64,000 bases of DNA from Candidatus Poribacteria bacterium (GTDB lineage: Bacteria; Poribacteria; WGA-4E; WGA-3G), in the NCBI GenBank assembly GCA_965205025.1, contig CBDBFU010000026.1, positions 1-64,000 on the forward strand, in the 5' to 3' direction. Of this stretch, positions 60,813-64,000 are shown piece after piece. The notes beneath the pieces are model-generated. The model ran no database searches. It was not told where the DNA came from and saw only the letters and a list, made by a program, of their open reading frames with translations. A program made the position numbers and the translations under genes. Position 1 is the stretch's first letter; each line of letters begins with the position of its first letter.

Positions 60813-61583
60813 CTATTTCTGAGTTTTTAGAGTTCCCCAAGTAGTTGTAACTTTCTGGCGTGGGTCAACAGGGAAAAGCTCAAAATATCCATTTTCCATC
60901 TGGTCATTCACTTCATCTTCCGTAAGTGCACGATTCCAGACTCGAACTTCATCAATTAAACCTAAGAATTGACGGTTACCTTCGTGAGTTTTCCCGATAA
61001 ACACCTCAAAGGTATCAGCATTTCCTGGTGGTGGATTCTTACCTGCGAATTCACCAGCACTCTTACCATTTATCCAATATCGATGTGTGCCGTTATCTAC
61101 TTGAGCAGCCACATGTTGCCATTCATTCAATGCAACTTTTCCATTACATACACTACCAGAACCACCTACACTCAGATGAAGACATTCACTTGGTGATTCG
61201 GTGTAGAAACTATAGGAACGTGGATTATTACCTTTAGCTACAATTCCTTGCCATCGTGCCCCACCTGGTCCCATGTGTCTTTCGGTATTAATCCAAGCCA
61301 TGACGGTAACTTCCTTATCAACAGTTAGGATTTCATCATGTGGAACAGTAATCCAATCACTGGAACCATTAAATTCGAGGGCTTTACCGAATTTTCCATT
61401 AACATGTTTCGGATTTCCAGCCATTTCACCGTGGTTTTCATACTTTGAGTGGTCAATTGTGTTTTTCCCATCAACGGTATCAAAAGACATATAGAGGATT
61501 AAAGACTCCTCTGGTTCATTTAATGCATGTGCTAATGAAGCAATAAACGTAAGAATTGTTAACATTATTAACAGTGATTTCAT
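60813..61583 (-). CDS. Secreted LamG domain protein with TTWG tail (paralog 2)
   Basis: Same architecture; VDPRQKVTTTWGTLK. Confidence 0.9.
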   Translation of the reverse strand: MKSLLIMLTILTFIASLAHALNEPEESLILYMSFDTVDGKNTIDHSKYENHGEMAGNPKHVNGKFGKALEFNGSSDWITVPHDEILTVDKEVTVMAWINTERHMGPGGARWQGIVAKGNNPRSYSFYTESPSECLHLSVGGSGSVCNGKVALNEWQHVAAQVDNGTHRYWINGKSAGEFAGKNPPPGNADTFEVFIGKTHEGNRQFLGLIDEVRVWNRALTEDEVNDQMENGYFELFPVDPRQKVTTTWGTLKTQK

Positions 61584-61672
61584 GTGTTCTCCTTTTAGTT
61601 ATAATTAGTTTCATATATCACTATCTGACATTGTAGAAATCAAGAATAGACGAAAAATGTCTGTTTAACTTA

Positions 61673-62455
61673 TTAATATATTATCTTAAAATTCCCCCAA
61701 GTGGTAGTTAATTTCTGTTGAGGATTTACAGCAAATATTTCAAAATGACCTTTGTTCATTTGTTTATTCACTTCTTCCTCAGAAAGAGCACGGTTCCAAA
61801 TTCGTACTTCGTCAATCATGCCGAGAAACCACCGTATATTTCCACCGCCTGCAGTACCAATAACAACTGGCGATGTGTCTTCAAGACCGGGTGGGTTGGG
61901 TTTATTACCCACTTCTCCTGCCTTCTCTCCGTTAATCCAATACCGGTGGGTTCCATTATCTACTTGCGCAACAACATGCTGCCATTCGTTTAGTTTCACT
62001 TCACCGTTGCAGACACTACCGCCACCATTTGGTGGACCTACACTGAAGTGTAAACACTTACTTTTTGACTCAGTCCAGAAACTATATGAACGTGGGTTGT
62101 TGCCTTTTGCTAAAATACCTTGCCATTGACCATCGTTTGGTCCTGTATGTCTTTCGGTATGAATCCATGCCATTACTGTGACATCTTGATCGACGGTAAG
62201 TGTTTCATGGTGTGGGATCTGTACAAAATCCTGATCGCCGTGAAATTGAAGTGCTTTACCGAATTTACCTTTAACGTGTTTGATGTCTCCCATCATTTCG
62301 CCATGGTTTTCATACTTGGAATGGTCAATTGTCTGCTTCCCATCAATTGTATCAAATGACATGTATAGGATTAAAGCGTCCTCTGGTTCATTTGCTGCAT
62401 GTCCAAATGAAGAGATAAAAGCAAGTAGGGTAAACATTAATACAAAAAACTTCAT
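61673..62455 (-). CDS. Secreted LamG domain protein with TTWG tail (paralog 1)
   Basis: Same architecture; VNPQQKLTTTWGNFK. Confidence 0.9.
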   Translation of the reverse strand: MKFFVLMFTLLAFISSFGHAANEPEDALILYMSFDTIDGKQTIDHSKYENHGEMMGDIKHVKGKFGKALQFHGDQDFVQIPHHETLTVDQDVTVMAWIHTERHTGPNDGQWQGILAKGNNPRSYSFWTESKSKCLHFSVGPPNGGGSVCNGEVKLNEWQHVVAQVDNGTHRYWINGEKAGEVGNKPNPPGLEDTSPVVIGTAGGGNIRWFLGMIDEVRIWNRALSEEEVNKQMNKGHFEIFAVNPQQKLTTTWGNFKIIY

Positions 62456-62492
62456 AAGTATACCTACAATTAAGTGTTTTTATTGCATCTAT

Positions 62493-64000
62493 TTATGGAT
62501 TATGCAATGGTCTCAATTTATTCCCTTCAACTGCCAAAAATCTTTGATTTACTTGTAAGTGTGTATTAGTGTCAATTTGACCAGATGGCCACCGAATCTC
62601 AATGTGATCAATCTGCTCCACTTTTCCAACACCAAAATGAGCACGTAAGTCATGAAATGAGAGATAACTACCACCACTCTGTACCTCACGGTATTGGGTA
62701 TGTGTGCCAGTTACAACCTTAATTTTAGCACCAATACCTGAACGGTTGCTTTTCTGACCCTCAAGTTGAATTTGAATCCAATTATTCTTATTCCCAATTA
62801 CATTTTGTAATAGATCCGGTTTCTGATTACAGTTTGTTACGAGGATATCAATGTCACCATCATTATCATAGTCACCTATTGCTGTTCCGCGACTTACTTT
62901 TTTGAGCGTCAATCCATCCGCTTGTGATTCTACCTTTTCAAATGTATTATCACCTAAATTCCTGAATAATAAGTTCTTTTGTGGATAACTAACATGCTTT
63001 TCAAGTTGAGATATGTTATCCATTAAATGACCATTAGCAACAAAGATATCTTGATAACCGTCGTTATCATAGTCAAAGAACTTTATTCCCCATCCAAGAT
63101 ATCCGTGTGTGACCTCGGCAATTCCTGAAGGGATCGTTTCATCAGAAAAGAAATCCCGGTTAAGATTGTTATAGAGTGTATTTGTTTCTGCTTGATAGTT
63201 ACTGACAGTCAGATCCAGTTGACCGTCGTTGTTGTAGTCGCCAAAATCTGTACCCATGCCAGCTTCTTCTTTACCCATATCATTATAGCAAACACCAGAA
63301 ATTAAAGCAATTTCAAAAAAACTCCCTTTTCCATTGTTTTGAAATAAATAGTTGGGATCTTGGTCATTCGCAACATATAGGTCCATATCGCCGTCATTAT
63401 CATAATCACCAAAGGTAACACCTAAACCATGCATAGGAGCAAGTCCCTTTGGTCGAGAGAAGGTGGAAATATCTGAAAAAGTGCCATCCTTATTATTTTT
63501 ATATAATGTATCGTGTATGGCTGGATAGGCATGCGGTCCACAATATACGTGAATACCTCGTTCATTACATTGTTTATCTTTTTTAGGGTCATATATTGCA
63601 TAGTTGGCTATATATAGGTCTAAGAATCCATCATTATCAATATCAGCAAATACACAACTTGTCCCCCAGTTTGGATTTCCTACACCTGCCTGTTTTGAAA
63701 TATCCGTAAACGTACCATCACCATTATTGCGATACATTTGATCATTGTCAAAGTTGCTAACGAATAGATCAAGATCTCCATCATTATCATAGTCTCCCAC
63801 GGTTGCACCTGTACCGTAAGATATACTACCAACACCTGCCTTTACAGTGGAATCCGTAAATGTACCATCCCCATTATTTTGGTAAAGAACATTCTGTGGT
63901 TTCTCATGCGTGTTCTCAGTTTGTATTGCTCCATTTATGAGATAGATGTCCAAATCACCATCATTGTCATAATCAAAGAATCCACCTCCTGAACCGAGAA
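62493..64000 (-). CDS. CRTAC1/ASPIC-UnbV family FG-GAP repeat protein (5'-partial)
   Basis: Repeated GDYDNDGDLDL motifs; C-terminal SNRSGIGA…GGSYLS…HFGVG…IRWPSG. The frame stays open to the window edge (LGSGGGFFDYDNDG). Confidence 0.92.
   Translation of the reverse strand, partial: LGSGGGFFDYDNDGDLDIYLINGAIQTENTHEKPQNVLYQNNGDGTFTDSTVKAGVGSISYGTGATVGDYDNDGDLDLFVSNFDNDQMYRNNGDGTFTDISKQAGVGNPNWGTSCVFADIDNDGFLDLYIANYAIYDPKKDKQCNERGIHVYCGPHAYPAIHDTLYKNNKDGTFSDISTFSRPKGLAPMHGLGVTFGDYDNDGDMDLYVANDQDPNYLFQNNGKGSFFEIALISGVCYNDMGKEEAGMGTDFGDYNNDGQLDLTVSNYQAETNTLYNNLNRDFFSDETIPSGIAEVTHGYLGWGIKFFDYDNDGYQDIFVANGHLMDNISQLEKHVSYPQKNLLFRNLGDNTFEKVESQADGLTLKKVSRGTAIGDYDNDGDIDILVTNCNQKPDLLQNVIGNKNNWIQIQLEGQKSNRSGIGAKIKVVTGTHTQYREVQSGGSYLSFHDLRAHFGVGKVEQIDHIEIRWPSGQIDTNTHLQVNQRFLAVEGNKLRPLHNP

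Noticed and set aside
59952-62455. Diversity-generating retroelement TR/VR among the LamG paralogs
   Set aside because: Differences are not adenine-specific, all copies are full genes, and no reverse transcriptase is present.

Overview
AT-rich bacterial genomic window. The gene content (WD40 proteins with a QWxLPEGAK start, PhyH dioxygenases, tandem LamG proteins ending in a KxxTTWGxxK tail, an ASPIC/UnbV protein, a DUF6785-type membrane protein) suggests Candidatus Poribacteria; this is inference only. Most of the window is housekeeping or metabolic (guaB, nuoI, trxB, moaC, xdhC, xylulokinase, HtrA, MoxR, UPF0182). The standout region is a roughly 9.9 kb accessory island (about 11.8-21.6 kb) bounded by direct repeats that include a 125-bp exact duplication. 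It carries a Type III-like restriction-modification operon. The mod-res gap holds a clan AA aspartic protease, a deletion scar of an AAA-ATPase/PIN-like gene pair, and an unannotated protein with the full motif set of an ATP-dependent RNA ligase; a DUF6602-like nuclease follows res. Intergenic DNA contains a MITE family (TACCA...TGGTA ends, TWA target duplication shown by a filled/empty site pair) carrying varied REP-like hairpins. An IS4 sits between 20-bp direct repeats of one such REP. Also notable are a catalytically dead malate-dehydrogenase homolog coupled to a 919-aa unknown protein, and a pseudo-caspase/transglutaminase fusion next to MoxR. Three genes have single-base frameshifts that are probably assembly errors. 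No rRNA, tRNA or CRISPR array was seen. All family assignments come from motif recognition by eye, not database searches.
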